The notes: generated by a model from the letters alone, not told the origin. Counted from the stretch's first letter, positions 19,179 through 29,054 are shown. The stretch: DNA of 64,000 bases from Candidatus Omnitrophota bacterium (GCA_041650835.1 JBAZKL010000001.1:440185-504184); one strand, 5' to 3'. Numbers and translations are program-made.

Positions 19179-19859
19179 TTATTTCTTTCCCTTCATTTTT
19201 TCCACTAACTCAGCTGTAAATTTCCCGGCCAGGTCTTTGCAGCCTAAACCAAACGCCAACGCAAACCCCAGACCAAGCGAAGCTAATACGATACTGATGG
19301 TAAGCTCAATGATCTGCGCTTTAATGTTCAACTGCTCAAGGGTAACCAGGATAGCGAATACAATGACGACAATTTCAACGACCTGGGCCAATAACTTTGC
19401 CTGAGAGAGCCCCGTGTTATTAGCAGCAGTCAAAACGATATTACGTAAGATCGTGGCGACAAACATGCCAGATATCATAATAAAGATCGCGGCAATGATA
19501 TTAGGAACGTATAAAGCGACTTTATTCAATAATTCAGCGGCAATCGGCAGCCCTATAGAATTGATCGCGACCACAAACGTAACCAACAGTGCCAGCCAAT
19601 AGACAATAATACTGATCAATTCGGAAAGCGGATAGGTAATTCCGCCTTTTGCCAATAATTTATTCAATTCAATCTTATCAGAGAGTTCATCAAGCTTGAC
19701 TGTTTTCAAGAGTTTCGCGATAACCGTTTTGATGAATTTCGAGATGATCCAACCGATAATAAGGATGATGATCACCAAAAGCACGTTTACCAAGAATTGA
19801 CTTACCTGGGAAACAACTGTTTTTGCCGGCTCAACAAAGATTGCCTGCCATGTATTCAT
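19179..19859 (-). CDS. Conserved membrane protein with repeated TM-helix motifs (possible small mechanosensitive-channel-like / TM_helix repeat protein)
   Basis: 226 aa, entirely hydrophobic helices with a short KMKGKK tail. Confidence 0.45.
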   Translation of the reverse strand: MNTWQAIFVEPAKTVVSQVSQFLVNVLLVIIILIIGWIISKFIKTVIAKLLKTVKLDELSDKIELNKLLAKGGITYPLSELISIIVYWLALLVTFVVAINSIGLPIAAELLNKVALYVPNIIAAIFIMISGMFVATILRNIVLTAANNTGLSQAKLLAQVVEIVVIVFAILVTLEQLNIKAQIIELTISIVLASLGLGFALAFGLGCKDLAGKFTAELVEKMKGKK

Positions 19860-19984
19860 CGCTCCACCTCCTTACAAGGTTAACAAAACCATAAGAAAAA
19901 CCTTTCTTATGGGAAAAACCAAGCTGACTTCAAGCTTTAAACGGGTCATCAATATTTTTATAACTTTATCATAAATATCGAGTT

Positions 19985-20165
19985 ATGTCAATAGTTATCA
20001 TGCTCGGCTGCGCAGCACCCCAGCTTAATAGGAATGCTGGGTGCGCCCGTTCCGGGCAGCAAGCGCGCACCGGCGCAATTCCGCGGCAGAAAGCCGCGCA
20101 CCCGCCTCTCCAATAAGGCGGGGTGCCGATTAGCGCCGGGTGTAATCAGTTATCGTTGGGCAAAG
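19985..20165. repeat. GC-rich structured interspersed repeat, family B, copy 1 (GCACCCAGC...GCTGGGTGC / GCGCAATTCCGCGGCAGAAAGCCGCG / CAATAAGGCGGGGTG modules)
   Basis: It contains several perfect short stem-loops. The same ~150 nt element recurs at 23815-24044 (same orientation) and 40655-40828 (reverse complement). Confidence 0.8.
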
Positions 20166-20189
20166 TCATCGATAACCGACTATTACTTC

Positions 20190-20864
20190 CTATAGACACC
20201 TTGAATCGATGAATCCCGATATTTCTTTTAGCTCATTAAGCACCATATCAGCGCCGGACAAATACTCCCGGGATAAACTCGTAGTAAGCGCGATACAGAA
20301 CATATGAGCCCGTTTTGCCGATTCAATGCCCAAAGGCGCGTTTTCAATGACCACGCATTCCTTCGGCGCGACCTTCAAGGATCTCGCGGCTTTCAGATAA
20401 GGTTCGGGATGGGGCTTGCCCTCTTTTACCTGGTCGCCGGCGACAATATGATCGAACAAGCTCCTGATCGAAACAGGCAGAATCCGCTCGACTTCCCGCA
20501 GCGGAGTGCCGGTCACTAACCCTAAAAGATACCCCTTCCCTTTAAGGCAAGCCAGGAGTTCCATAACATCATTAAAAATAAACCGTTTAAAATATTTCTT
20601 AAATATCTTCTGGCGTAAAGAAAATATTTTTTTCAGTAACACCGGAGTAGGCAGGCAGCCGGAGCGGATCAAGAGATGGTTTAAGGTCTTATCCCAACGC
20701 TCTCCTTCTTTTAAATAAACATCAAAACAGCTCACCCGCACGCCAAACTGCCGCAATGATTCATACCAGGCGATAAAATGATACGGCATGGAATCAATAA
20801 TAACCCCATCCATATCGAAAATAATGGCTTTCGGCTGTGACTTAAGCTTATTTTTATTGGTCAT
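20190..20864 (-). CDS. HAD-superfamily hydrolase, beta-phosphoglucomutase-like subfamily
   Basis: HAD motif I (IIFDMDGVIIDS), motif II (GLVTGT) and a C-terminal motif with conserved Asp. Confidence 0.8.
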   Translation of the reverse strand: MTNKNKLKSQPKAIIFDMDGVIIDSMPYHFIAWYESLRQFGVRVSCFDVYLKEGERWDKTLNHLLIRSGCLPTPVLLKKIFSLRQKIFKKYFKRFIFNDVMELLACLKGKGYLLGLVTGTPLREVERILPVSIRSLFDHIVAGDQVKEGKPHPEPYLKAARSLKVAPKECVVIENAPLGIESAKRAHMFCIALTTSLSREYLSGADMVLNELKEISGFIDSRCL

Positions 20865-20904
20865 ATTTTAAGAAACAATAACTGAATTATCATTAACAGA
20901 TACT

Positions 20905-21075
20905 TATATAATGTTAATGATAAAGTCTAAAGTCTAAATAACAAAGGAAGATTAAAGGTTAAAGGTTAAAGGTTAAAGGTTAAAGGTTAAAGGTTAAAGG
21001 TTAAAATTTAATCTTTATTCTTTGAATTTCCTTTGTTATTTAAGCTTTAAACTTTAGACTTAACTTATTATATCT
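20905..21075. repeat. Hairpin interspersed repeat, family A copy, with an expanded (GGTTAAA)7 heptamer tract in the loop
   Basis: Arms gtctaaagtctaaataacaaaggaa ... ttcctttgttatttaagctttaaactttagact flank a 7x AGGTTAA tandem tract at 20953-21005. Confidence 0.85.
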
Positions 21076-21171
21076 GATTCCCGGATGTTCAGATCACCCG
21101 ATCTCCTAATCCCTGATTACCTGTTCTCCGGATAACCGACCGTCGACTATAGACCCGTTGCGACCTGTGCC

Positions 21172-22989
21172 TCAAGCCCTGCCTGTTTCGACTACCATAT
21201 GCTTTATCTTCTTACAGACGGGGTCATTGAGAAGTTCATCTAATGCCGCCGGAAGCGTTAAAGACCAGTTCAGAGGGCTTACCGTGCCGGGAGTATTGAT
21301 CCTATATTGATAGGCATCGCCTTTTAATAGATCGGTAATTCCTAACCAATCAATAAGCAACTGGATAGCGAATATCGAATTTGATTTAAGCGTCAAATGC
21401 AGTATTTTCGAGATGATCTGCACATCAGATTTTTCTCTCATGCACCCGGAAATACCCAGGTGTTTCCACAACTTCTCTTTTTCCCGATACGTGTTCGCGT
21501 ACATATCGACAAAATCCATAACTTCCTCTTTGCGCTTGTTTAAAACCGCCAACAGCTTGTCGACAGAATCGATACTATCAAGCCAGCGCAGCCTCCCGTG
21601 ACGGGAACGCTTATGGTCGAAAAGATCATCTTTAACGCTATGATAATCGATCCAGCGATCCTGGCATTTCCTCAAAAAAAGCGCTTCATCCACGGTCCCT
21701 GCCTCATTTTCCCACCAAGCCGCCCAATTCGTTGTATCATGCGTTGACAACATGGATACGGAAAATAACCGGTAATCCTGCGGCTCCAAGAAATCATGTT
21801 TGACATCCCAATCTTTAACCCAGCGCTGAACTTCATTACCGGGAATACCAAACTCTTTTAACGCCTCAGTACACACCCTTGGAACCACCCCCAGGTCTTC
21901 AGCGCACAAAAGCATCTCTGTATTCTCTAATATCACGGCTAATAGCTTCCTGCCCTGCTCTGCCCACTTACTTTCATCCCTCGGGTCGAAAAAACCATGC
22001 AACCCTTTATTTTCCTGAGGCTCCTGCGCCGGGATACTCCAGATCCGGAATAAACCCACCACATGGTCGATGCGTAAAATATCATAAAAATTCTGGGCGT
22101 AACGCAATTTCTCTTTTAAATACCGGTAACCATCGGCTTCGATCCGCTCCCAATTGTACGTCGGAGTCCCCCAACGCTGGCCTTTTTCACAATACATATC
22201 GGGCGGAGCTCCCGCGGTAAGTTCAAGATTGAAAAATTCAGGATGCGCCCAAACATCTGCGCTGTCCAACGAAACCAGGATAGGCAGATCGCCTTTCAGC
22301 AAAACATTCTTTTGCCGGGCATAAGCCTTGACCTCTTTAAACTGGCCGTATAAAAGCCACTGGGCCCATATTTCGAAGGCGATCTTCTCGGGATGATCTT
22401 TACCGAAACTTTCCAGGGCCGGGCTCTCGCGGTTTTTATATTTCTCTTCCCATTCATACCAGGGGCTACCGTGATGATATTCTTTGAGCGCCTTAAAAAA
22501 GGCGTAATCATACACCCAATAGGCATTCTCTTCCCTGAATTTATCAAAGCCCGCTAAATCATTCTCAGTCTCCAGATTAAAAAGTTCATTTAACAAGCCG
22601 GCCTTTTCGCCTTTTATTTTATAATCCAGATGCTTCTTCCCGCAGGGAAAGGCCTTGCGGATGGCTTTTATCTTTGACTGAAGCGGCTTTACGTCGCCCT
22701 CAGGCATCATCGCAAACGACACATACATCGATTCCAAGGCAAAAGAACTGACGGAGTCATACGGGCAAAACGTACTGCCGACCTCATTCATCGGTAAAAG
22801 CTGCAGGAGCGAATTACCGGTCTTATGGGCAAATTCAACAAGCAGCTTCATATCGCCGAAATCCCCTATCCCCAGGCTTTCTGAAGAATACGCGGAGAAC
22901 AACGGGACTAAGATACCGGCGCGCTTTTCAACACCGGTCTTTTTCCACTTCTCACCCGATAAAGTATTAAAAAAAACAGCTCTCTGCAT
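21172..22989 (-). CDS. malQ: 4-alpha-glucanotransferase (amylomaltase, GH77)
   Basis: The N-terminus reads RAGILVPLFSAYSSESLGIGDFGD. LRIDHVVGLFRIW is a GH77 signature. The start is trimmed to MQRAVFF (22989), because the longer ORF runs into the repeat. Confidence 0.85.
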   Translation of the reverse strand: MQRAVFFNTLSGEKWKKTGVEKRAGILVPLFSAYSSESLGIGDFGDMKLLVEFAHKTGNSLLQLLPMNEVGSTFCPYDSVSSFALESMYVSFAMMPEGDVKPLQSKIKAIRKAFPCGKKHLDYKIKGEKAGLLNELFNLETENDLAGFDKFREENAYWVYDYAFFKALKEYHHGSPWYEWEEKYKNRESPALESFGKDHPEKIAFEIWAQWLLYGQFKEVKAYARQKNVLLKGDLPILVSLDSADVWAHPEFFNLELTAGAPPDMYCEKGQRWGTPTYNWERIEADGYRYLKEKLRYAQNFYDILRIDHVVGLFRIWSIPAQEPQENKGLHGFFDPRDESKWAEQGRKLLAVILENTEMLLCAEDLGVVPRVCTEALKEFGIPGNEVQRWVKDWDVKHDFLEPQDYRLFSVSMLSTHDTTNWAAWWENEAGTVDEALFLRKCQDRWIDYHSVKDDLFDHKRSRHGRLRWLDSIDSVDKLLAVLNKRKEEVMDFVDMYANTYREKEKLWKHLGISGCMREKSDVQIISKILHLTLKSNSIFAIQLLIDWLGITDLLKGDAYQYRINTPGTVSPLNWSLTLPAALDELLNDPVCKKIKHMVVETGRA

Positions 22990-23418
22990 AACACCCCGTC
23001 TTGTTAAGATTATTGAAAAACAATACGTTAATTTTAAAGGATAAAGGTTAAATATCAAAGGAAGGTTCAAGGTTTAAGACTAAAGAATTAATCTTAAACT
23101 TTCCTGCCTGCCGGCAGGAACCTTTATTCTTTGAATTTCCTTTGTTATTTGAGCTTTGAATGAACCATGCCTCAGGCGCTTATGGTTCATTCATCCCGAG
23201 CTCTGTCGAGGGGTTAAACTTTGGACTTTTCCGTCACCCTGATATCCAGAATTTATGTAGTTGGGTTAGGGTTAAGATTTTAGTTTGGTTGTTAGGAATG
23301 GTTGTTAGGTTACTAAAAACCCAACTACTCAACCAAACTACCAAACTAACCGCTTAACCATGACCTAACTACTATTTAGGTCAAACCAAGGAATATACTC
23401 TATCACTTTTTCCTGAAA
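22990..23418. repeat. Composite repeat island: a family A hairpin copy (with CCTGCCTGCCGGCAGGAACC core), plus a GAACCATGCCTCAGGCGCTTATGGTTC...CCCGAGCTCTGTCGAGGGG module, plus GGTTGTTAGG / CCTAACTAC modules
   Basis: It lies between doxX and malQ. The second module recurs at 58491-58560 and, reverse-complemented, in CCCCTCGACAAGCTCGGGG at ~39785 and ~40115. Confidence 0.8.
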
Positions 23419-23814
23419 TTACAACTTTTTCGTGATACACAATTTATCAGGGCCGCTTAAGAGTAACGCCAGGCAGACACAAAGGATCACCAGGTTATAT
23501 TCAAAACCGCCCGACGACAAGAATAAACCCTTTGCCAGATGCACCTTAACGGTTGCCACTACCATCAACACAAATATCAAAGCAGACGATACCCTGACAC
23601 CTATCCCTAAAATCAAAAAAAGCCCTCCCAAGAGCTCCACATACGCGGCCACGTATGCCCAGAATGACGCGGGAGCAAACCCCATCCCGGCTAACATCTT
23701 TGCGAATCCCGGGATCCCCGGTCCTCCGAACAAACCAAAAGCTTTTTGCAACCCATGCCCCAAAAACACAACACCTAAGCCCAAGCGCAACGGTACACTC
23801 GCCCAGTCTTTCAT
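23419..23814 (-). CDS. DoxX-family membrane protein
   Basis: ~130 aa with four TM helices in a DoxX-like pattern (LRLGLGVVFLGHGLQK). The start is trimmed to MKDWASV, because the upstream extension lies in a repeat. Confidence 0.65.
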   Translation of the reverse strand: MKDWASVPLRLGLGVVFLGHGLQKAFGLFGGPGIPGFAKMLAGMGFAPASFWAYVAAYVELLGGLFLILGIGVRVSSALIFVLMVVATVKVHLAKGLFLSSGGFEYNLVILCVCLALLLSGPDKLCITKKL

Positions 23815-24044
23815 GCTTAACCTCCTGCCGCACAAAGCGGCACACCGGCGCAATCCCGATCTGCGCCGGGTGTAACTTGCATACACATACCAACGCAATT
23901 CCGCGGCAGAAAGCCGCGTACCGGCGCAATTTTGCCGCAGTAAGCGGCATACCCCGCCATTCCAATAAGGCGGGGTGCAATCTGCGCCGGGTGCTCGGCA
24001 TACCCAGCAATCTCATATGCTGGGGTGCTCTTAAGCGTTGGGCG
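23815..24044. repeat. GC-rich structured interspersed repeat, family B, copy 2 (longer, with internal partial duplication)
   Basis: It contains gcaattccgcggcagaaagccgcg, ccattccaataaggcggggtg and ctgcgccgggtg twice. It generates overlapping spurious ORFs on both strands. Confidence 0.8.
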
Positions 24045-25181
24045 TTACTTACTATTTTTCCCTTTTCCTATTAAAGCTTTAATGATCCCCCAGCGATTGC
24101 GCAGCCCATACGAACGAAAAACGCACATAAGAAAATGCAGCATCGTCGCCGCTAAGCCTTTGACCTTAACCCCCAGGACAATACCGCAAGACTGATTATT
24201 GGCCATCGGGATAATATACCCCAGGTCAACCGGCCTGTATTTCTTTAACGGCCTGCCATGGATAAGATTCAAGATATTATCAGCCGCGGCCTGCCCTTGC
24301 GTTATCGCGAATTGGACCGCCATGCGCAGCGCGTTATTCTGATAACTGAACGCTGCCGCGTCGCCGGCCACAAAACAGGCGTCCCGGAACATAAGATTAT
24401 CATCGACCAATATCCTGCCCTGCGGATTCTTTTTTATCGCCAAGTGCTGCGTAAAATCCACTCCCCGCACGCCTGCCGCCCAGATGAACATCGCGCGGCG
24501 AAAAACCTCACCGCTGGAAAGCGCGACAGCATCATCATCGATCTTCTCAACCGTCGCCGGACAGATCACCTCCACGCGTAAACGCTTAAGGTTATCCATA
24601 ACATACTGCCTCATCCATTGCGGAAGCGGCCCTAAGATCGCGGGGGCTCTTTCGACCACAACAACCCGGTTTGCTTTATTTTTCGCATCCAGCCACCTGC
24701 GCAAGGACGTCGCGATCTCAATACCGGTATAACCGCCGCCGCAGATAAGGTATGTTTCATATTCATTCCGCGCGAGTGAGCCGGTAAGCTTTATCGAATC
24801 CGCCGCGCTGTCTAAGGTAAAGGCGCGTTTTTGTATTTCCTGGTTCGCGTAAAAATTGGTTTCCGAGCCGCTGGCAATGACCAGATAATCAAAGGCGAGC
24901 CGCTGGCTCACCGTAATAACCTCTTTCTTCTCCAGATCTATTGAACTGACATTTTCCTGAACAAACCGGAAACGATAGCGCCGGGCGTATGTTGCGATAG
25001 GGCAGGCCAAATTCTCAGGGTCGATGCCCCTGCCCAAAGTATCCGGAAGCAAAGGAAGAAAACTTGACGCCGGCTGTTTATCGATCACTATTACTTCAAG
25101 CTGCTCTTTACCCCGCAAGAGCCGCTTCGCGGCTGACAACCCCGCGAAACCACCGCCGATAATGACGACCTTCTTCATCAA
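24045..25181 (-). CDS. FAD-dependent pyridine nucleotide-disulfide oxidoreductase, type II NADH dehydrogenase (NDH-2)-like
   Basis: N-terminal GxGxxG (KVVIIGGGFAGLSAAKRL), a second dinucleotide-binding motif (ICGGGYTGIE) and ~378 aa. Confidence 0.7.
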   Translation of the reverse strand: MMKKVVIIGGGFAGLSAAKRLLRGKEQLEVIVIDKQPASSFLPLLPDTLGRGIDPENLACPIATYARRYRFRFVQENVSSIDLEKKEVITVSQRLAFDYLVIASGSETNFYANQEIQKRAFTLDSAADSIKLTGSLARNEYETYLICGGGYTGIEIATSLRRWLDAKNKANRVVVVERAPAILGPLPQWMRQYVMDNLKRLRVEVICPATVEKIDDDAVALSSGEVFRRAMFIWAAGVRGVDFTQHLAIKKNPQGRILVDDNLMFRDACFVAGDAAAFSYQNNALRMAVQFAITQGQAAADNILNLIHGRPLKKYRPVDLGYIIPMANNQSCGIVLGVKVKGLAATMLHFLMCVFRSYGLRNRWGIIKALIGKGKNSK

Positions 25182-25190
25182 TTGACTCCT

Positions 25191-26114
25191 CTATCGTTTC
25201 AAGATAAGGTCCAGGACCACAACGATACTTACCAGAGCATGTACGGCTATCGTCAGCTGTGATGATTCCATTAATCGCAACTTATCTTTAACCGATCCCT
25301 TTAATATTCCAGCGGCTTTCACTGCCGGGATAAGCGCCGCAAAAGATGCCCACGCGAAAGCACCCAGGAACCCTCGCGCGATATTGATGCCGACGAAAAC
25401 CAAGGCCAGAACGATCAGCGCGCAGTAAACCCGGTAGGCATGTTCAGGCCCCGAAGCACTGACCCAGTTGTATTTTCCCACGGCTATATCAACCGGGTAA
25501 TCAGGCACTTCATTGGCGAATAAGATCGCGGCAGTCAGGAACCCAAACGGAAGAGATACCAGAAAACTCTTGAACGCCGGAAAGAGGCCTGACTGAATGA
25601 AATACCCGCCCATGACGCAAACCGGCCCAAAGAGCGTAAAGATCACTACCTCTCCCCATCTGCGATAGGAAAGCCTGGCCGGCCGCGCGGAATACCCCCA
25701 GGCCAGTAAAAGGACCACAGCAAACAACCAAAGTACCAGGATGCTTTTTAATACCGCCGCAAGGAAGAAAACACCGGCAGATGAAACAAGCGCGAAAGAA
25801 ACCGCAGCGTACAAGTAAAAGCGTTCTGAAAGGATATTCTCCTGAATAAGCTTGGAGCCGCCGAAAAACGAATAAAATGTTTTATCCTGCCAGTCATTGC
25901 CGCTCTTTGAATCGGCAAAATCATTCAAAAGATTAGCGCTGAGATGCGTGGAAATCACTATGACGAGACCCAAGAAAAACCCAAGGGCGTTAAACTGCGG
26001 TTTTGCCAAAAGAGAACCTGCCAGGTACGGAAAAAGGCTGGCGGTAATGAACGCGAGCCTCAAAGCTCTGATAAAATTCAATATGCCCATTTGAGAACAA
26101 GAGGATTTTACCAT
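25191..26114 (-). CDS. UbiA-family prenyltransferase (MenA-like 1,4-dihydroxy-2-naphthoate polyprenyltransferase candidate)
   Basis: 8-9 TM helices and an Asp-rich NDFADSKSGND motif. It is divergently paired with the polyprenyl synthase. Confidence 0.65.
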   Translation of the reverse strand: MVKSSCSQMGILNFIRALRLAFITASLFPYLAGSLLAKPQFNALGFFLGLVIVISTHLSANLLNDFADSKSGNDWQDKTFYSFFGGSKLIQENILSERFYLYAAVSFALVSSAGVFFLAAVLKSILVLWLFAVVLLLAWGYSARPARLSYRRWGEVVIFTLFGPVCVMGGYFIQSGLFPAFKSFLVSLPFGFLTAAILFANEVPDYPVDIAVGKYNWVSASGPEHAYRVYCALIVLALVFVGINIARGFLGAFAWASFAALIPAVKAAGILKGSVKDKLRLMESSQLTIAVHALVSIVVVLDLILKR

Positions 26115-26157
26115 ATAATTATTTGCAAATCATTTCCTTATATGATAACATAAAAAA

Positions 26158-27198
26158 ATGCTGAATAAAATCAAAATCGCCATTGACCGCGAATTACCGA
26201 TCTTCCTCGACCGTCTTAACAGGTCTTTTTCCCTTAGAAAACTTTCTCCTATCCTCTACGAATATATCCATGATTATGTGTTACGGCCCGGCAAGCGGGT
26301 ACGCCCCACGCTCCTGATCATGGGGTACCTCGGCTTCGCGCGCCGCAAAGCCCGCGGGCTCTATACCAGCGCGCTTTCCCTGGAACTCCTCCATGACTTC
26401 ATGCTCGTGCACGACGATATTATCGATAAATCGGATTTAAGGCGCGGCAAACCCGCCATGCACACCATGTTCCGGGCCTATCTGAACAGCGCTAAAGACA
26501 TCAAGTTTAACGGCGAAGACCTCGCGATCGTCGCCGGTGACATCATGTACGCGATGGGCTTGCACGCCTTCCAGGCGGTTCGCGTCGATCTGACAGACAA
26601 AGAAAAAGCGATGAAAAAGCTCATCGAAGCCGCTATCTATACCGGGTGCGGCGAGTTTATCGAACTTTTATACGGGACAAAGGATATCTCTGAAATAACC
26701 AAAGCCGACATCTATACTATTTACGACCTGAAAACAGCGCGCTATACCTTTTCTTACCCCCTGGCTATCGGAGCTACGCTTGCCGGAGCAAACGACAAAC
26801 AAATACAGGTACTTTTTGATTTTGGCGCGCGCCTCGGCAGGGCATTTCAGATCAAAGATGACGCCTTAGGGATATTCGGGACAGAAGAAGAGATCGGAAA
26901 ATCGATCCTGACAGACCTGCAGGAAGCAAAGAAAACGATCTTTATCTGGCATGCGTATAATCACGCAGACAGGAAAAACAAAGGAACGATCAAGAGAATT
27001 CTCCTGAAGGAAAAAATAACCGCGACAGACCTCAAAGCGATCAGGCAGATCATCTCCGCTTCAGGCGCCTTAGAATTTGTCAGAAAGGAGATCAAGGACT
27101 TGATCGGCGAGGCTCAAACGCTTTTGAGATCATCAAGCATAAAAAAACAATACCAGTCATTGCTGCTTTCCTATTCCCAGCAGATCCTCAGCGTATGA
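26158..27198 (+). CDS. Polyprenyl diphosphate synthase (trans-isoprenyl diphosphate synthase family)
   Basis: First DDxxD motif in LVHDDIIDKSDLRRGKPAMH and second in FQIKDDALGIFG. Confidence 0.85.
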   Translation: MLNKIKIAIDRELPIFLDRLNRSFSLRKLSPILYEYIHDYVLRPGKRVRPTLLIMGYLGFARRKARGLYTSALSLELLHDFMLVHDDIIDKSDLRRGKPAMHTMFRAYLNSAKDIKFNGEDLAIVAGDIMYAMGLHAFQAVRVDLTDKEKAMKKLIEAAIYTGCGEFIELLYGTKDISEITKADIYTIYDLKTARYTFSYPLAIGATLAGANDKQIQVLFDFGARLGRAFQIKDDALGIFGTEEEIGKSILTDLQEAKKTIFIWHAYNHADRKNKGTIKRILLKEKITATDLKAIRQIISASGALEFVRKEIKDLIGEAQTLLRSSSIKKQYQSLLLSYSQQILSV

Positions 27199-27249
27199 TC
27201 CGCTCCCCCCAAGCCTACCGGTAATTCAAGATGAATTTACTATTCGAAG

Positions 27250-28368
27250 TTAGAAATTAGACTGCAGCGTTTTATCTTCCAAAGCTTCAATTTCTTTTTT
27301 CAATACGTCAGGCAGGCCGAGAATATCGACATCCATAAAACCGCGGATGATTATCGACTGGGCCTGCTCCGCGGAAAAACCGCGCGAACACAGGTATTCG
27401 ATCTCTTCCTTGCTGATCTTTCCGATCGCGGCTTCATGGGACATATCTACGTCCCGGAAATCCGTCTCTAATTCAGGGATCGCGTGTATCGTGCCTCTCT
27501 CGGATAAAACCAACCCCCGGCATTCCAGATGGGCCTTCACATGATCGGCCTCGGCCTTAAGATGCCCGCGGGCAATGAATTTACCGCCTAAACTTACCGA
27601 ACGCGCGATTATCTCCGCCTGGGAATTCGGGGCGCGAAAGATAACCCGCGACCCGATATCCTGAAGGCTGCCGGGATGGGACATAACCAAAGAATTAAAA
27701 CTGGCGCGCGCGCCCTCTCCCTCCAGGACTGCCGTGGGGTACATCGTGATCTCCTTGACCGGCTTCAGGCATACATAATTAGAAATAAACGTCGCCCCCT
27801 CATCAACGACCGCGATACTCATGGGCTTGACTGAAACATCCTTCTGCCAGTTGTGGATCATGGTAAAATTCAAATACGCGCCCTTTTTCACAAAGAACTC
27901 CGAGATCCCCAGATGAAAGCCTTCATGCGCGGAAGCGGAAGCGGAGCATCCGGTTATCAAATATACTTTCGCGCCTTCTTCAACAATGATCAAATTATGC
28001 ACTTTTTGCTTGAAGCCCTGCGATTTTAAGAATAGGCAGGCCTGAACGGGCAACGCGACGGTTACCCCCTTTTTCACCCGGATAAAATAACCTCCGTCGG
28101 TATCCCGGGGGAATTCCCTGTTCAAATACCGGAAATTCCTGCCGTAATATTCTTTGGCTTCGGGAATAGTCTCCAAGGCTTCAGCGATACTGAGGGTATC
28201 GACACCCTCCAGGAAGCTGCGGGAAAACAAGTTAGTATTATCCTGCTGCATAAAACTGGCAGAGCGGGTCTTCTCCGACAAGTCCATCCCGGAAGAAGTG
28301 ATCCCCTCAAGGTCAGCGGGCTCTATATTCTTATTTAGCTCTTTTGCGGACATTCGCACACCTTGCAT
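27250..28368 (-). CDS. Fe-S cluster assembly scaffold protein SufB/SufD family
   Basis: The UPF0051 SufB/D C-terminal beta-helix region (e.g. GSRVIFRAPNSQAEI...GHLKAEADHVKAHLECRGLVL) lies immediately downstream of sufC. Confidence 0.8.
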   Translation of the reverse strand: MQGVRMSAKELNKNIEPADLEGITSSGMDLSEKTRSASFMQQDNTNLFSRSFLEGVDTLSIAEALETIPEAKEYYGRNFRYLNREFPRDTDGGYFIRVKKGVTVALPVQACLFLKSQGFKQKVHNLIIVEEGAKVYLITGCSASASAHEGFHLGISEFFVKKGAYLNFTMIHNWQKDVSVKPMSIAVVDEGATFISNYVCLKPVKEITMYPTAVLEGEGARASFNSLVMSHPGSLQDIGSRVIFRAPNSQAEIIARSVSLGGKFIARGHLKAEADHVKAHLECRGLVLSERGTIHAIPELETDFRDVDMSHEAAIGKISKEEIEYLCSRGFSAEQAQSIIIRGFMDVDILGLPDVLKKEIEALEDKTLQSNF

Positions 28369-29054
28369 TTTTCGTAGCCGGATTCCCGGATACTGTTAAA
28401 CATCTCTTTAGGTTCGCCGACGCACCAGAATTTCCCCCCCATCATAACACATCCGTTTTTCGCCTTGATATAATCAAGGATATAACCGGTATGCGTGATA
28501 ACCAGGGCGGATTTACCTTTTTGGCTCAAATATTTGTTCAATACGCTGCCCATGAGCGAAATATTCTCCAGGTCAACGCCTGATTCCGGTTCATCCAAAA
28601 GCAAAAGGTCGGGATCCTGCAGCATCAATTGAAATAATTCGGAGCGCTTCATCTCGCCTCCGGAAAAACCAAGATTAATATCCCGGTTCAAATGCTCTTG
28701 AAGCGACAGGTGCTCTGCCATTGATTTGATCTTTTCGGCATCGCTTGACAAAAAAGAAGCGATCTGCGCGAGCTTGACCCCCCTGATCTGGGGAGGATGC
28801 TGATACATGATACCCAGGCCGCCCCTTACGCGTTCTTCGGTAGGAAGGGTATCGATACGTTTATCCTTGAAAATAATCTCTCCCTTTATTACTTTAAAGC
28901 CGCCAAACCCCATAACGGCTTTAAGCAGCGTGCTCTTACCGCTGCCATTAGGGCCGAAAAGGATCATCGCTTCATCCTTCTTAATGTGCACATTCACATC
29001 TTTAAGAATGATCTTCCCGGCAACCTCAACTGATAGATCTTTAATATGCAGCAT
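28335..29054 (-). CDS. sufC: Fe-S cluster assembly ATPase SufC
   Basis: Walker A (GPNGSGKSTL), ABC signature (LSGGEMKR), Walker B (LLLLDEPESGVD) and ~240 aa. The start is at MLHIKDL. Confidence 0.9.
   Translation of the reverse strand: MLHIKDLSVEVAGKIILKDVNVHIKKDEAMILFGPNGSGKSTLLKAVMGFGGFKVIKGEIIFKDKRIDTLPTEERVRGGLGIMYQHPPQIRGVKLAQIASFLSSDAEKIKSMAEHLSLQEHLNRDINLGFSGGEMKRSELFQLMLQDPDLLLLDEPESGVDLENISLMGSVLNKYLSQKGKSALVITHTGYILDYIKAKNGCVMMGGKFWCVGEPKEMFNSIRESGYEKCKVCECPQKS

Noticed and set aside
22990-23070. Upstream extensions of malQ (MNLPLIFNLYPLKLTYCFSIILTRRGV...), of doxX (to 23898), of aroK (to 37233), of the deacetylase (to 8405) and of the LpxL-like gene (to 14043)
   Set aside because: The extensions run into repeat elements or overlap upstream genes by 80-280 nt and lack family-conserved residues. 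Internal ATGs give N-termini that match the family alignments, so shorter starts were chosen.
23546-24074. Overlapping six-frame ORFs (23546-24016 minus, 23655-24074 plus, 23432-23875 plus) with no assigned function
   Set aside because: They lie entirely within the GC-rich family B repeat. The same peptide strings appear in ORFs at 40481-40765 only because the DNA is repeated. They overlap each other on both strands and have no start or RBS context, so they are artefacts of repeat sequence.
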